Assembly: GCA_032718475.1 (NCBI GenBank)
Contig: JAUCBJ010007001.1
Span: forward strand, 1 to 50,489
DNA from: Nemertoderma westbladi
Lineage: Eukaryota > Animalia > Xenacoelomorpha
Reading direction: 5' to 3'
Length of the DNA: 50,489 nt
This document shows, piece by piece, positions 48,901 through 50,489 of this stretch. The notes beneath the pieces were generated by a model. That model made no database searches. It had not been told where the DNA came from and saw only the letters and a program-made list of their open reading frames with translations. Each line of letters begins with the position of its first letter. The first letter of the stretch is position 1. Position numbers and translations under genes: made by a program.

Positions 48901-50319
48901 TAAGATGAACCCCATTTCGGCGACAGTTTGATCGACTTCGCACCTTAGGTGTTAAGTAGGTCATTAATTAATTAATCAATTAATTAATTGGTCGATTAAA
49001 CAATTAATTAATTACTTAATCGATCGATTTGTATCAAATAATGTTGCCAAAGGCAATAATTTGATACAAATCGATCAGATAGGGGACGCACGATGTATAT
49101 AGTATTACAGTAGGTACTATAGATAAAATATACAATACAACAGGTACCGTACAGTACAATATACAGTACATTGTCATACAGTAGAATGATAGAATGAAAT
49201 AAAAAGACGTAGTGGGGCCCAAAACATAATTTACCCTGACAGGAAAATATATGGGCCAGTTTGGCTCTGGCTCAGTCCCCCAATAATCTGAGGCTGTTGG
49301 GCTCTTATTAGACGTAGCAAGATTAATCTATTTGAATCCTATACTGTATGTCAACGTGTAGGTGGGGGTTGCATCGCGCTGTAAATTATTTAAACCTCCA
49401 GCTTCGTTATTAACTGCAACCATTAATTACACATCATACGACCATTATTTTCAAATACGCCTGAGAAAAATTCAAGAAACATCTGGTTTGCAATAGATTG
49501 CCTTCTATCACATTGTACTGTATGAAGCAGCCTGCGCGCTGGGGGTTGCATCGAGGTGTAAATTATTTAAGCCTCCAGCTTCGCTATTATGTAAGATTGG
49601 AAACCATAGGTTTACATCTTACGCGCCAGCATTAACCCCAAATCGCACATAGGCCAACTACAACCATGGGCCATATGAGGTTAGCTGAATGCGTGATACA
49701 ATATTACCACTAGTCGAGTAGACACTAACCTAAAACATTAAGAGGACGTGGAAATTTGGTACAGCTGAGATTTTTTTTACAGTTTTTAGTCAATTCGAGG
49801 GTGCTGATTCCGAATCCGGTTGATGCCAAGCGTGAAAAGTTGAGCATTTTGTTCTAGAAGAATTTATATTCTAGAATACAGACTTGTGATGGGATACCAT
49901 TGTTTTGGTTGATATAAATTGATTTATTTTAATATAATTGATAATTAAACTTCAATCATATGACAATCTGGACAAACGACCCAATGGACAAAAGAGGACA
50001 ATGTAAGAAACCTGAACTTGTCATCATGTTAAACCATCATCTAAATCATCTAACCATATCAACGCCAATTTCATTGTTAGTTGCATGCAGATGAATCAAT
50101 AGTAATATTAGGAAAATTATCGGCCTACATACGTAAATGATGGTGTATGTTACATGTTAGCGAGCGGTATTCTAGAATTGTGTTCTGGAATAGTAATATT
50201 TTTGAAATTTTTGGCAATTAAACATCATGGGGCAGTTACAAAAACACTAATTTAGTACGCCCATATTATATAAGCAATTCCTCAACCAACGTGTTACATT
50301 TTATAGGTTTGTAATCCAA

Positions 50320-50489
50320 TTGCGCTTCCAGATTTTTCTTGGAAAGAAGAACCCACCAAAATTAAAGACATTACCACCTACCGATGAATCCCTTGTAGAG
50401 CATATTAAAAGAGCACATCTGCAAGCAATGATATGGAAAGGAGCCGACAACTTTAATCCACCTGAACTTCCAATATTCGTTCTTGGAAT
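50320..50489 (+). mobile_element. Academ-like (XPG/Cys8-type) DNA transposon protein fragment, runs off the window
   Basis: LRFQIFLGKKNPPKLKTLPPTDESLVEHIKRAHLQAMIW...P: LPPT..L..H..RA..Q..IW motif that I associate from memory with AcademX-type proteins. Confidence 0.5.

Noticed and set aside
49360-49590. Two ~50-bp direct repeats about 178 bp apart
   Set aside because: Real but only two copies with no further structure; probably part of an unclassified repeat.

Overview
AT-rich eukaryotic (animal, probably invertebrate) genomic DNA with spliceosomal introns; no prokaryotic operons, CRISPR arrays or rRNA seen. A + strand host gene for a modular extracellular protein is scattered across the window as small exons: a signal-peptide/hemopexin-like exon (link to the rest uncertain), Ca-binding EGF, F-type lectin, a second EGF, and a discoidin-like domain. 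Its introns are filled with transposable elements. The largest is a ~16.5 kb decayed BEL/Pao LTR retrotransposon on the - strand (4354-20807) with several unusual features: ten same-strand copies of a 20-nt hairpin dispersed through all three reading frames and non-coding DNA, a tRNA-like Pol III module inside its LTRs, an accessory ORF behind a strong splice acceptor, and a nested Penelope/retrozyme-like insertion carrying two hammerhead ribozymes. Also present: a near-intact 992-codon LINE ORF2, several decayed LINEs, a second BEL/Pao remnant, a piggyBac-type non-autonomous element, a tRNA-derived SINE head and an Academ-like fragment. All calls were made by eye; no database searches were run.
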